This document shows, piece after piece, positions 24,583 through 38,268 of a DNA stretch of 64,000 bases. Made by a program: the position numbers and the translations under genes. How positions within the stretch are numbered: position 1 is the first letter of the stretch; every line of letters starts with the position of its first letter. The DNA lies in NCBI RefSeq assembly GCF_006345805.1, contig NC_043005.1:2480001-2544000 (forward strand). Reading direction: 5' to 3'. A model generated the notes under the pieces. That model did no database searches. It saw nothing but the letters and a program-made list of their open reading frames with translations, and was not told where the DNA came from. The DNA is from Octopus sinensis (taxonomy: Eukaryota).

Positions 24583-24660
24583 TTCTTTCTTTCTGCTTCT
24601 GATTATTATTGTTGTTGTTGTTGTTGTTTTTGTTATTATTATTATTATTATTATTATTGT

Positions 24661-26872
24661 TGCCTTCGCACAGCTTCTAACACAGATGTACTACAGTGTC
24701 AGCTGTTCACTACCAGTAAACTAAGGTAACACCTCTTATTTTTCGAGCACCTTCCGGAGTATTCGAGCGGTTCCAAGCAGTGCTGTTTTCTGCAAGTGCT
24801 CCACTTGTATTGCAGCCCCTATTTGTTCCACGTACTTCACGAGATTTTTGCTGACTGTTCCCAGGGCTCCGACAATTATTAGTACTACTGCTACCTTTTT
24901 CATCGATCACAACTGCTTAACTTCCCAAGCCAACTTGTCATATCTCTCGACTTTTCTTTCTTCCTTCTCGCATACCTTGTTGTCAGCTGGGCATGCTATA
25001 TCTATGATAGTTTGTTTTCTTTCTTAATCAAGACTATGTCCGGCTTCCTATTCTCTATCTCATGGTCGCACTGAATCATAAAATCCCATAGGATCTTTGC
25101 ATTTCTATTTTTCAAAGATGCCTTTAGGTTTGTGGTCGTACCAATTTTTTGCTCTTTCAAGTCCATACTTGTTGCAGAGTGTCCAATGGACAAGCCTGGC
25201 TATATTGTCGTAGCGTCTCTTATATCCCTTCTGGGTTTGTGGCGTACATTGGCTGCTAATATGCCATACGGTTTCACTGTTTTGGCCACAGATTCTGCAC
25301 TTATCACTTTCTGCTGTGTTGTCTATTCTGTATTTTATGTAGTTTGTTTTTAGTGCTTGCTTTGGGGCAGCACAGATTAGAGCCTCCATTTCCGGTTTTA
25401 AATCCCTTTTAGTCATCCACAGCCATCTTTTTTCTCTATCTGTCTTATCTTCAACATGCCTATGAAGTTGACCATGCATTCTTTTCAGTTCCATTCGTTT
25501 TCAATTTCTTGTATAGTACTTTATCTTTCCCAACTTTCATCCTACACAAACCTGACCTTCCTACTTCCAATAATAGCGGTTCTGTGGCATTTTTTATATA
25601 CCGTGCTATGTTGTCTTCTTCTGCTCTAATGCTGTGTTCGCATCCAATAAGTTCTCTTCCTCCTCTTTTTCTTGGTACATACAGTCTGTCTGTGTCACTT
25701 TTTAGGTGGATTATCCCATATCTAGTTAGCAACTTCCTTGTCTTTCTGTCTAAGCTGTTTAGTTCGTCTACTGTCCATGCGATTATCCCTGCTACATATC
25801 TAAGGAGTGAAACTGCCCAGGTATTGATAGCTTCGATCTTATTCCGTCCGTTTAATTTCGACTTAAGAATCAGTATCAGTCTGCGTAAGTACACCTCCTT
25901 AAATTTTCTGTCATTTCTTTCTCCATTAATTTATCCATTTTCAAAATCCCCAAGTACTGATAGCCCGTCTCTTTTATTTGCTTCATAACCTCCCCCGACG
26001 GTATCGTTAGCCCGTCCATACATTTGATTTTGCCTCTCTTCAAGACTAACACACCACACTTTCTCAGTCCAAACTCCATTCTGATATCAGCACTGAAGGT
26101 ATACACCGTATCAACGAGGGAGCTGACTTGGGCTTCATCTTTACCATAAAGTCTGAGGTCATCCATGAATAACAAATGGTTGACTTTTTCTTGGCGGCTT
26201 TTGAATACATACCCAGCTTTTGCTTTCCTCAGAATCAGTGTTAGTGGTATCAAGCACAGTACAAAGATCAGTGGGGACAGGCAGTCCCCTTGGAAGATGC
26301 CCCTCCTGATTTCTACTGTCCCTAAACTTCTTCCGTATGCTGTCAGGTCCGTCCTCCAATTCGCCATACTTTTTCCAAGCAATCGCTCAACATTCGATGC
26401 AATACCAAATAGGTTCATACACTCTATAATCCATGAATGTGGGATCATATCGTACACCTTACGATAGTCGATCCATGACGTGTCTAAGTTACTTTTCCTC
26501 CTCTTGCAGTCTCTAAGTACAGTTTTGTCTACCAGGAGATGATCCTTGGTACCTCTGCACTTACGCTTGCAACCCTTCCACTCACGTAGCAGGACTCCAC
26601 TTTTTTCCTAGATGTCCGTACATTGACTCTGCGACTATTCCAATCAATAACTTCCACGTAAGTGGCAAACAGGATATCGGCCTGTAATTGTCTACCCTAT
26701 TGTCTTTTCCGATGTTTTTCAGTCACAGCACTGTCCTACCCAATGTCCCACCCACTCTGGTGTTGCTTGGTCGGCATTTAACAAGGTGTTGAGTTGCGCA
26801 GCTATTCGTGCATGACATTCACCAAACCTTTTGATCCAGTAGCCTTGAACTCCATCTGGTCCCGGGGCTTTC
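24661..26872 (-). mobile_element. R4/Dong-clade non-LTR element (RT, CCHC, restriction-like endonuclease), 5'-truncated, with 3' end
   Basis: [48 protein letters not shown]...RKPDIVLI. The 3' UTR ends in a (TAA)n-type tract at 24601-24660. Confidence 0.92.
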
Positions 26873-27840
26873 GGTGGTACGCTTCAAATCACCTCGCTCA
26901 AGCCATGCCCACGATTCTGTATTATCCTTAACGTCTTGTGTATTCCTTTCAAACTGTCCATGCATTCTCATTTCAAAAAGGTCTTCTTTTCTCTCCTCCT
27001 CAGCTCTTTGGTTAAACTCTTCCTTGCCCATTATTTCATCTACATTTACAACCATATCTTTCGCGGCATATTGCAGCAGGTCTTCATCACTATTTATCAA
27101 ATACTCGGCAAGGGTTCTCCATTCACTCCTTATACAATGGTCTCTACTAATTAGTCCTCTGCTACCATTCTTTCTTTTTATATACAGTCTGTTTACTTTT
27201 GCTTTGGGGTGTAGTGCCCCATCCAGCGTCATCAACTTTCTCGTCTTTCTATCCAGTGTTGATACTTCCTCTTTAGTCCATTTGAGGATGGACGCGCTAT
27301 ATCTGACCACCGCAACTGCCCAGATATTCATTGCAGTAATCAAACTTTTGGCATTCAGGTTGGATTTCAACACCATCTTTACCCTTTTTTGATACGCCTC
27401 GCTGACCTTGACTTTAATTTCTCTGTGTAGAATGTCACCCGGCTCCAAAATCCCTAAATATCTATACTCACTCCATCGGGTTCCCCCATGGTCTCTCCTG
27501 ATGGTAACCGCAATCCTCTGCAGGCTGCTTTCTTCCCTCTTTTCATATTAAGTACTGAGCATTTGGTAATCCCAAATCCCATACTGATGTCCCTACCAAA
27601 CTTCTGGACTGTTTTGGTTCAGAAATCTATGTTTTTCAGATTTCCCAAACAATTTCAGGTCATCCATAAACAGAAGATGGTTCAATGATGGACCTTTCTT
27701 CCTACATCGTTAACCCATCTTAGCTTTCTTAAGTGTCATTGTTATGGGTATTAGTGCAATTACGAAAAGTAACGGAAAAAAGAGTCACCTTGGAAGTCTC
27801 CCCTTTTGATATTAACTTCTCCAAGGAATACATTACTTGA
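26873..27840 (-). mobile_element. Second, diverged R4/Dong fragment fused upstream of the first
   Basis: [33 protein letters not shown] and MHGQFER...WLERGDLK duplicate the same RT/post-RT region as the neighbour. (TAT)n at 27890-27990. Confidence 0.85.
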
Positions 27841-27894
27841 ATACAATTTGGTTTTCCACTCTTTCATGCTATGCATCAGAAAATTTGTGTGTTG

Positions 27895-27992
<98 letters not shown>

Positions 27993-28178
27993 CCTGTAAG
28001 AGAACGGAAGGTGGCTTAATTTTCTCTGATAAAAGAAATATTTACTTGAGCCATTCTCTGAACAGAAATCTTGGATGCGGGTTAGATTAGCGCATGAAAG
28101 AATGTATAGTTGTATATGTGATGTGTGTTTATATGTATGTCCATATGAATGCTTGCTTATTATTTGTGAAGTGCGTAT

Positions 28179-30812
28179 TAGGCCTCGAAACCGGTTTTAT
28201 AAAATCGGTTAAAACCGGTTTTATATTATGACCAGTAAAACCGAAACGGATCTGCCAAAACCGATTTTAATGCTTGTTGTCTCTATTTTCTTCTTTCGCA
28301 AAACATTTCTCCATTTTTTTTCTCTTTTCAAGAAATATCGTTGAAACTGAACTAACTGAACTGTTGTCGGTCGCCTTTAGCTGAGAGTGCTGTCTGTTTC
28401 ATTGAAACACATCGCAACATATCAATTCTCACCTTCTTTCCCTTGAACCTTAGATCAGCACCTTGTCATCTCCTTCGCTAACCCCTGGCTGACTCTTTGA
28501 ATTTGGAGGTAACGGAGTTTATTCATAGCAAGTCAAGGGGATACTGTTAGTCTTCAGTCAGGTAATTTTCCCGTTGAGCATATGCAATAACCAGTTCCAG
28601 ATTCATTTCAAGGAAGTAACACTAACTAAATTTTTTCTTAATTATTTTCATTAGTCCTAGCATAATAAAAAGAAAATCAGCTGTTTGGAATTCTTTCGAT
28701 TGGAAAAACAAAGATGAAGCTCAATGCAATAAGTGTGATAAGATCATGAAGTCTTCTGGAGGATCTACTTCGTCTCTGATCTTGCACTTGAAGAAAATTC
28801 ATCAAATCGACATAAATCAAGATGCAAACCAGCCTCCTGTGAAAATGACAAGAACAATGGAACACTTTTTAACAAAGAAATTAATGGAAGAAGAAGTTTC
28901 GAAGTTAGCTGCTATGGATGGATTCTCTTTCAATTCAATCGCCAAAAGCGATTTTATTCAGAGAAATCTTCATAGTCAGAGAGGCAAAGATGATAAATTA
29001 CAACCAACAACTGCAAACGGAGTCAGGAATATGGTAAAGAATTATTACATAACCAAGAAAGAAGAACTTATTATTTCGAAAAAGAAGAAGCGCTGGGGAT
29101 TCGCTACTCATTGACATTGGATGAATACACATCAATTCAAAATAAACGATATATGAACATAAATGTTCATAGAATTATTGGTCGTTGGGTCTTATTGAGA
29201 TCCATGGTTCCCTTAATAGCAGAACAGAGCAATTTGTGAGAGGACATCTTCATGAATTTAGATTGGATTTGGATATACACATTGTTGGCTGTACGACGGA
29301 TGGTGCTTCTATGATGGTGAAATTCGGGAAAGAAATAAAACCTGATCACCAAGTGTCTCACACGTTGCATACATCTGTCTGTGATTGATAGATAAAAGTG
29401 AAGAGATCGCTATAACAGACGATAGTGATGATGAAGCTGACATAAGCCAACAAGACATACATTTTCAAACAGATGTGGCTCACGAATAGGCTTGTTTTCC
29501 TCAGCTAAAACCTGAATTTAACAAAGTTTCAAATAAGGTAAGAGAAATTTCAAAACTTTTCCGTAAATCTCCTACAAAAAATGAAATTTTGCAATATTTT
29601 GTACGAGCGAACTTTGATAACAGAGAATATAAACTTATACTGGATTACAGAACTAGGTGGAATAGCACATTCCATATGATTGAGAGATTTTTGAAATTGA
29701 AAAGCTGCATTCCAGATGCTCTACGAGCAGTACTTTCCACAGATGCCGTCGCTGACGAAGAATGGAAATCTCTCGATTTTCTATATGAAATTCTGCATCT
29801 AATAGAAATTATTTTGAAGGCTATTTGCGCTGATGATACGGATTTACTGAAAGTGGAATATTCTATAGAATTTTTATTGAATAAACTTAATATCGTCGGC
29901 AACCCTTTGGCTCTAAATCTTCGTGAAAGACTTATGCATAGATATAATAAGAGAAGAAATGTCGAAACCTTGACTCTCTTGAGGTATTTACATAACCCAA
30001 GGAAGTTTAAAGGTGAATCAATTTCTGGACTTTTTCTTTTTTTAACGAAACAACATTTAAGGAAGTATGCTGAACAAACATATAGGAGATTATTTCCTGA
30101 ACATGACCCTGGGGACACAACAGAATTATACAAAGAAAATGGAATAGGAGGGAATCTAAAAACAAATGTCCCATCTACTTACGAAGGTAATGGACTCATG
30201 CGTGAATACACAAGCGCAATGAGGAAAATGAATGAAGAGCCCAAGATAGTATCAGATGGATTTGGAATCCCTAAAGAATTCGAATATTTTGAAGCAACTT
30301 CGAACAGAAGTGAAAAGCTCGAGAAACTTTATAGAGCATTGCTTACAACTAAAGCAACTAGTGTCCAGTCGGAAAGAGCTTTTTCAATTACTGGACTTTC
30401 CAACACGAAAATTAGGACAAGTCTGTTAGGTAAAACACTGAATGCATTATGTTTTTTAAAAGATTATTTTCGAAGGAAAGTGAATCATCAAGCAAGTGAA
30501 GAAACTTGATTGATTCACAGAAATACAACGACTTGGAAAAACCTAGCATTCCTGATTAAATAAATATAATACCATTATTTTTTGTTATTGTTTGCACATA
30601 AATACAGATATAGGCACCATCAACATATTTGTGGATATCAGTCAACCTGTTACTTTCTCTCTTTCTCTGTGTATGTATATTAAAAAAATACAATATACGA
30701 CAAACTTCTTTGTTACAAGGACACCGCTCTAAATCCGCGAAAACCAACCGGTTTTGAGAATTACTTATACTTAAACTCGGTTTTGGGAATTGTCGGTTAT
30801 TTGTGAGCCCTA
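28179..30812 (+). mobile_element. Complete-length hAT DNA transposon (degenerate transposase)
   Basis: TIRs TAGGCCTC / GAGCCCTA; 8-bp TSD gtgcgtat (28171-28178) and ctgcgtat (30813-30820); subterminal AACCG repeats. Confidence 0.92.
28676..30509 (+). pseudogene. hAT transposase (BED finger, DDE, dimerisation domain) with frameshifts
   Basis: SAVWNSF...CNKC...STSSLILHLKKIH; LTLDEYTS; TTDGAS; RTRWNSTFHMIERF; ATSVQSERAFS. Confidence 0.9.
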
Positions 30813-31104
30813 CTGCGTATAGTAGCAGTTTAAAGCTCAAATCAGTACCTGACACTTGAACTCTTATAAATTTAATAAGCAATTGAGCATCAAACCTTAA
30901 TTGGACGAAAGCAGAAGTAGAAATGTTGGACTGGGCTCCTTGTAAGTGTGGCAACGAACATCAGCAACGTCTCAATTGGAAGAGCTCTTAGAGAGTCAGC
31001 ACGGTGTTGTGAATCAAACAAAAGACTAAAATTCGAATTTGTAATTTGGAGTTAATTACTACGGCAGTGTACATCCCCAGCTGTTAACTTAGACAGGGAA
31101 ATCA

Positions 31105-31200
31105 TCTATAATAATAAATGCCAAAAACGAAATTCTGTGTGTCAGTGTGTCACACTTTGACCCTCTCTCACCATTCAATGACACTTCTACTAATCCTCAT
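31105..31200 (+). mobile_element. Helitron-like 5' end fragment
   Basis: A|TCTATAATAATAAATG...TGTGTGTCAGTGTGTCACAC; homologous to 35029-35115 and 35535 onward. Confidence 0.5.
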
Positions 31201-31609
31201 GTTAGGGTTAGAGAAATAGTGTCATAGAGACTGTGGGGTCGGTAGTAGTCTGACGGTTGTGATGGTAATGGGCTGGTAGCAATAGTATGAACTGTAGTGT
31301 GATAGAGGCGGAGGCGACGGTGATGATGGTGGTGGTAGCCGAGGTGGTCAGAGATGGCGGTGATAATAAGCGATATAAAAGACAGTAGTGATGGTGGTGG
31401 AGGGGAAGGCGGTGAAGTCAAAGGTATTGATGGTAGTGGCGTCATAAGTCTGAATGGTGAGTGTGTATGGCTATTGTGGTGGCGATGATGGTGATACTGG
31501 TGATGGTGATGGTTGAAACAATCAGCAGAAAAGGAAAGAGAGAGTGGGGAGAAAGAGGTCAGAAAAAAATCATGCAGCTTTGCAATAAGTTCCAAGTCGA
31601 CAAATTATA

Positions 31610-32609
31610 TCATTGTTTTGATGAAAATTGTTCATTGAAAAATATTGGTCAAGTTTAATGAAAGTTTATTTGTACTCAATCCATGAAGTGGGCCTAAGGC
31701 CCAATGAAGAACCCTCAACAGGAGCCATCTTAAAGTAAGATAGAATATATTGAGGTGAGTCTGCAATATTTCATACGTGCTAATTTGCGGTGTGTATATC
31801 ACTTGACCGAAGCATTTCAAGCCATGGAAGGCACCTGCTGTCATTATAGTTGGTGCGCTGACATGACATGCATTGCTTCACTTCCGTGTGTGATTTGAAA
31901 GCCGCACAGATGAACGTGCAACTGAGTGTAATTCGGAAACTTATGCTTTACGAGTTCGAACCGGGCCATAACGCCGCAGAAACAATCAAAACTATTTGTT
32001 GTGTGAAAAGTGAAGGTGCAGTTGATCACAATTTAGTAACCGGGTTATAAGTATATCGTTCGGGTTATAAGTACCTCGATGATGAGGAAAGGTCAGGGAA
32101 GTCTAAAACCTTGGATTCCAAGGTCGCTCTCCAAGCCATAGAGGGAAATCTGATGAGTAGGACTCGGAGAGTATGAGGCGAGCTCAGCATCTGACAGATG
32201 AATACCTTTGTGCGGCAAAAATAGCCGGCATTGATTAATAGAAAGTTCTTCCGCAACAAGACAACGCTCGAACGACCCGGAATAAACTGCAGGAAGTTGA
32301 GGGATGCCACATCCGGCATAGTGTCCGGACCTAGCTCCCTCGGATTATTACTTGTTCCGATCCATGACTCACTTCCTGCGCTCGTGATGCTTCATCAACC
32401 AATGGAGGTGGAAGCTTCAGTGAAAGAATTCTTCCCCTCGAAGGACAAGAACTAGTATCAGCGTGAGATCAAAGAAATGGCAGAAAGGAGGCTTCAGATG
32501 GTGCAACATGATGGCCTCTACTTTGAAATCTTGGCTGCTTTTGTTGTAAGTTGACGAATGAAGCAAATAAGTTACAAAAAGGTTGAAAAACTTTTGATAC
32601 AACACAATA
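31610..32609 (+). mobile_element. Internally deleted mariner (DD34D-type) relic
   Basis: MLYEFEPGHNAAETIKTIC, DDEERSG, a degenerate HPPYSPDLAPSD-like region and C-terminal MVQHDGLYFE. TIR-like end ...ACAACACAA+TA. Left boundary approximate. Confidence 0.7.
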
Positions 32610-33051
32610 AATCCTAAATCATCAGAAAAATGTGTTACTTGATGGACAGTTTGTGAGATGAATGCTACAGTTGATTGTAGAAAGGAGGTTTCGAGAAGAA
32701 AGCAAAATCTTTTACAGTTTATGCAAACTGTTATCTACCGCCAAAGTACGCGAAGCCTTTATTATTTTACGAGGGAATGACATAGACTGCAAACCATTTG
32801 GTCAGTTGCTTCAGAAGGGTTATCCAGAAGGGTTACAACACCGTCATTATAAAGTGACGTCGTTCAATTGAGACCAAACAAATCAATAATCAAGGGTTCT
32901 GACAAATCAAGTGGTTTCATATGGCCGGGTTTAAGTTTTGCTTTTCTCTTCAGTCAGTAGGAAATGTAGGGCAGTTGATGTAACCCCTGAATAGGCCTCT
33001 GAAGCTGGTAGGAGGAAGGCAAGAAGTTACACATAAAAGTTCCCTCGTCAT

Positions 33052-33108
<57 letters not shown>

Positions 33109-33591
33109 GTTCTCTTGCTGTCTGTCTCTCCCTCTTTCTCTCTCTTTCTCTGCCTCTCTGTCTTTCTCTCCCTCCCTCTCTCTTTCTCTCTCTCTCCCTC
33201 CCACGCGTTTTTGCATCTGAAACTTTTTCTCCAAATATTTTTTAAATCCCTGAAAACACTCAGGGAATTTCTGGACATTGAATTCCATATTCTTCAATAA
33301 ATTTTCAAAATGCAATCATTATCATTAATTTATTGCCATAAACAATAATTAGTTACAATCAAACCAGTAATTAAATTAATAAAAACGAAACTGAACGAAT
33401 TTGTTATTCTTCAAAAATATTTGCCACTCTGAAGATTAGGGTTTTAATTAGAGAAATGATAATTCATATTTTATTGCAATTCATATTCTGTTAATATTTG
33501 TATTAATTCTCTTCGTGAATTATCAGAATGCGACCATGCTGGAGTATCGTCTTGGATGGTTTTGGTCAATTCTACTGATTTAAAAACTATG

Positions 33592-33639
<48 letters not shown>

Positions 33640-33805
33640 TTTTATTCTTTTACTTGTTTCAGTCATTTGACTGCGGCCATGCTGGAGCACCGCCTTTAAT
33701 CGAGCAATTCGACCCCAGGACTTATTCTTTTGTAAGCCCAGTACTTATTCTATCGGTCTCTTTTGCCGAACCGCTAAGTAACGGGGACATAAACACACCA
33801 GCATC
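33640..33805 (-). mobile_element. SINE family 1, 3' half
   Basis: Reverse complement of the tail seen at 1960-2105 and 45700-45871. Confidence 0.85.
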
Positions 33806-33931
33806 CGGGAGTCATGACCCGGATGTGCCCCCCCGCCTCCGAGTGTCAGGAGTTAAGGGCCGAAAAACTTGCCTGAAGGGGGTTTCTCCTCTGAGGATTA
33901 CCTGCTACTAGGCTCTCCCCGATTTTCTTTC

Positions 33932-34015
<84 letters not shown>

Positions 34016-34017
<2 letters not shown>

Positions 34018-34211
34018 CGAGAATTTACAAAAATACAAAAGACGAAGACGGGTGTGTAAACAACAAAGAGATGTATTAGTTTAACGCTCGGGAAGTGAGT
34101 AAGTCTTTTACGTTTAGAGCCTACGCTCTTCGACAGAAAGGAACACACAAATAAACAGGGAGAGAGAATTTAAAAAGGTACAGTGGCTAGCGATCTACCA
34201 TGACGAATGTT

Positions 34212-34213
<2 letters not shown>
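34016..34213 (-). mobile_element. Solo PLE terminus fragment with hammerhead-like motif (34103-34143)
   Basis: Homologous to the Neptune 3' end at 17560-17760. Minus strand CTGTCGA A GAGC GTAG GCTC TAAAC GTA AAAG. (TA)n on both sides. Confidence 0.65.
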
Positions 34214-34287
<74 letters not shown>

Positions 34288-34552
34288 ATGTGTGTGTGTA
34301 TGTATATATATATACATATATTTATGTGTATGTGCGTGTGTACGTGCGTGCGCAGGCATGTGTATGTGTGTGTATTGTTATGAACATAAACATGAAATGA
34401 TTTAAGAAAATTACCGAAGAATTTATTCAAACGCATCACTGTTTTTGTCAGATGCTTTGTGAAAACTGAATTCAATTAGATTCCCCGAAATCACAAAATC
34501 CACAGAGCAAGAAAAAGAAATGCCAAGTCAGTAAGAATTAAAGTTTTTGTTA

Positions 34553-34623
<71 letters not shown>

Positions 34624-35028
34624 TGTAATTCGTCGAGAAACATCTTAATAAATAAAGCAACAAACAAGGAGAGCAACTGCTTCCGTCAGAAAAACTAAAG
34701 AAAAGAAAATAACTCGACATGTACAGTTAATGAAGTTACGAATGAAAGTTGAGACACCTGAGAGATGATATCATCGACGGCGTAGAAATAAAACGAAACA
34801 GAAAAGAAAAGATTGTTTTAACTGCTGGAAGTGAGTAATGAAATCTGTGAAATATCAGATTTTCTTGGAAGCTTTGAAGATTCATCCGAGTTTCACGTTT
34901 GAAAACTTTTCAGGGGAAATGAACCTCCTAGAATCCCAAAAAGTTGTTTAAAGACAACTCGTAAGCATCTATCAAATCCTATATAGATCACGTGTATATG
35001 TGTGTGTATTTATTCATTTATTTATATA

Positions 35029-35115
35029 TCTAATATAATAAATGCGAAAACTAATCTCTGTGTGTCAGTGTGTCACATTTTGACCCTGCCTCTCTTACTA
35101 TTCAATGACATTTCC
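35029..35115 (+). mobile_element. Helitron-like 5' end fragment
   Basis: Clear local similarity to 31105-31200. Confidence 0.5.
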
Positions 35116-35450
35116 TCGTGCTGTGGTGAGAGTAATAGTAGGCAGATAGTGAGGGCAGTGGCAAAGACAGAGAGAGAGAAAGAAACAAAGAAATTTAGGG
35201 TGAGTTGACGATGTTTTATTAAAAGGGGGAGAGAGAGGGAGAGAGAAAGAGTGGGTATATGAGAGAAAGATGGAGATGATGTACAACTTTCCTGGACAGA
35301 AATTTCTGTGGCCAGCATACTGAACCAACTACTGAACACTATCGTTTTTCTTATATTTCTTGCTTTCTTTAATACATACATATTTATATGTGTGTGTGCA
35401 CATATATACATATACATACACTCACACACACACTCACACACACACACATA

Positions 35451-35487
<37 letters not shown>

Positions 35488-35534
35488 CCAAAACACACTT
35501 TAATTGAAATATAGTTTCCCCAATATTCAACACA

Positions 35535-36057
35535 TCTAAAATAATAAATGTGAATGTCAGTGTATCAGTGTGTCACACTTTTTCAACTTTACTCCTAGAG
35601 GCCGTAGCCCAACATATCTTACCATTTTGGAATCAGGCTGACTCCGTGAGTAAATTAAAACCATTCCAGGCCAAATACGGACGTGCAATCCTGAAATTTT
35701 GGATTCCTATGTTTTCATGACTGCGGTTGTTTTCGGTGATGTTCTTTACATGATTTTTTTGACGACGAATGTGATCCTCATTGGGATAGGACTCTGGAGG
35801 AAGCAATTGCAAAAAATTCTCCAAAACAAGTCAGAGATCGGGTTGCAGATCATCCCATTCGGGGTCAGTTGCTTAAAAGCTACATACATACATACATACA
35901 TAGTAATGTTTATCGCCACTTTAACGTGAAATATTCTCTAAGAATCAACGATATTGCTATTTTAAACCCAGAAAGACATCTCCTCCATCTGGTTTATTCA
36001 GTGCGCTTTCGCACTCCGTATTCATTGCAAGCGGGGGGGGGGCTCCTGCCACCCTAG
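35535..36057 (+). mobile_element. Probable complete non-autonomous Helitron-like element
   Basis: A|TC start, internal (TACA)n, G/C-rich hairpin remnant followed by CTAG at 36054-36057. Confidence 0.45.
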
Positions 36058-38118
36058 CTCAGAGACCACCAGATCACGAGATTTCGATCTTATTGTATTA
36101 CTTCAGTAGTGGGCACTCGTTTTCCAAGCATTGCATTAGTCTGACCTCGCTTGCAACATATCGGAAATACAGGGTCATACAATCGCTGATTTTGTAACTT
36201 GGAAATTAGTCCATTAGAAAATCTCTCCAGGAGACACAGATGTGGTAGGATCTTGAGCAGAAGCAGATTGAAAGACAAGTATTCTTACTGAAAAGACTTT
36301 TGCCTCTTCTGGTAACTAACTTAATGCTAGAAGGTTCTTTGCTCTCAATATTTATGCTTGACAGTCTTCATGTTATTTTACAGAACTCAGTAACTGACCC
36401 ACGATAGAAAATGCTATGCTAAAGCGGGGGTGCTAGATTCCCTTGTTCGAAAATATAAAGAGACAGATCGTGTCGTATAGCCAGCTGGAGACGATGTCTC
36501 CTGGGGCTAAATTACAGCAACATTCGTCCTAAACCAGGACTGCCATGTTATGTTAGCAAACAATATTTACTCCATAGTACTGTTGCTGAATATCTCTCGT
36601 TGTGAGATTTACAAATAGTAATTTCCTAAGATACTGCACCAAAGTTCAGAATGAACAACTGTCTCGTGTACAAGATGTATTCTGGATTAATTGAAAATAT
36701 ATTAAAACAAGATTATACATAAGAATTATTTTATGTATCTAGTTAAAAGCTTTCTTATGAGTATTAGCAATTACATTCGGCTTTTGAATGAATCCTACTC
36801 ATCTCCCTTTAAAATATTATGGCTTACATTAGACTGTAAGAGTCTAAACGAATACAGTTCCTATCGTGCTTCAGTGAAATGCCTGTCTTGCTGCAGCGAA
36901 AAAGTCCTTTTTGGGTTTTTTTTTTAGTTTTTTTGGGGTGGGGTGAATTTACTTTGAACCCGAAATCTGAATTACTGAGAAAGCAACGGAAAACAGATGA
37001 ATGAAGTTCTCCACTAACACCCCCTGTTAATAAAGTACAATAAAGTACATTAATAGCGACAAGATGAGGAAAAGAGTTAAGTAGACCCCAATATTGTTGG
37101 ATGACAATATTGTTGAGTGTTCAGAATGGCGAATGATGAACGGAGTCTGATTAGATGCGAATGAGTAAAGAGTTTGACAATAGAATAGAAGAGTTGTAAA
37201 GAGTTGTTGAATGAAGAAGAAGAAGCATCGGGCAGAAAAGAACGAGGGAGCGGGAGTAGCAGTAATAGGAGAGGAATATTGGGGAAGAAAAATTCATTAA
37301 TTCCTTTAAACAGAAATTACAAAACGGGAGAAGGAGTGGGAAGTCCTGGTTGTGGAGGGGTTGTTAAAGGAAGAGGATTCATGGGGTTGGGGGGGTATAC
37401 AATTCAAAATCTGTGAGTTTCTGTCCGTATGCATGTGTGTTATGCATGAGTGTGTTTGCAGTGTGTGCCCACGGGCGAGTGCGTACGGCGGAGAGTCCTT
37501 TAGCCTCTTCTACAAGACTGAAGTATTTCTTCATTCTGGAACTCATGCCTTAATCCTAAAAATTAAACCAGAAATGAAGTATGTTACCTCTAAAAGGTAA
37601 TATTTGTGTTTGTGTATGTCCGGATATGACCTCCACGTTGAATTGTTGAATCCGTATTGAAATATATTTTTGAAAACTTTGGAAGATGTGTTTACTTTTC
37701 TGAAAGGATAGACATTCCGAAGAAGACTACAAATATATGAAGATTTGAGGGGAGGGGTTTAGTGAGCGTGCCTCTTATCCATCCCTGTTTCTCTGTCAAA
37801 TTCCATTTCCCTTCATCTCCCTCCTTCCCTATCTCTCCCTCTCTCCCTCTTTCCATCTCCTTCTCTCTCTCTCTTCTCTCTCTTCACCTCTCTCTTCTTC
37901 TCTATCTCACTTTCTTTCCTTCTCTTTCTTTCACCAGTAAATTCCAGTAACACAATTCCATTGGAGCATTAATCCAAAGAAAAACGAAGTAAAATTGAAA
38001 AAATATTTAATTGGAAAAAGTATTAACACATAAAAAAAAAGAGAAAGGAAAAAGAAACGATAAAAACTGCAAACATCAAACCAAAAGAAATCTGTGGGAA
38101 TAAAATACGACGAAACCA

Positions 38119-38119
<1 letters not shown>

Positions 38120-38191
<72 letters not shown>

Positions 38192-38195
38192 TAAC

Positions 38196-38243
<48 letters not shown>

Positions 38244-38268
38244 TATAATAATAATGATAATAATAATT
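38120..38268. repeat. (AAT)n microsatellite
   Basis: Directly visible. Confidence 0.95.

Noticed and set aside
32149-32175. CTGATGAG inside the mariner relic
   Set aside because: Part of transposase coding sequence; lacks GAAA and stems.
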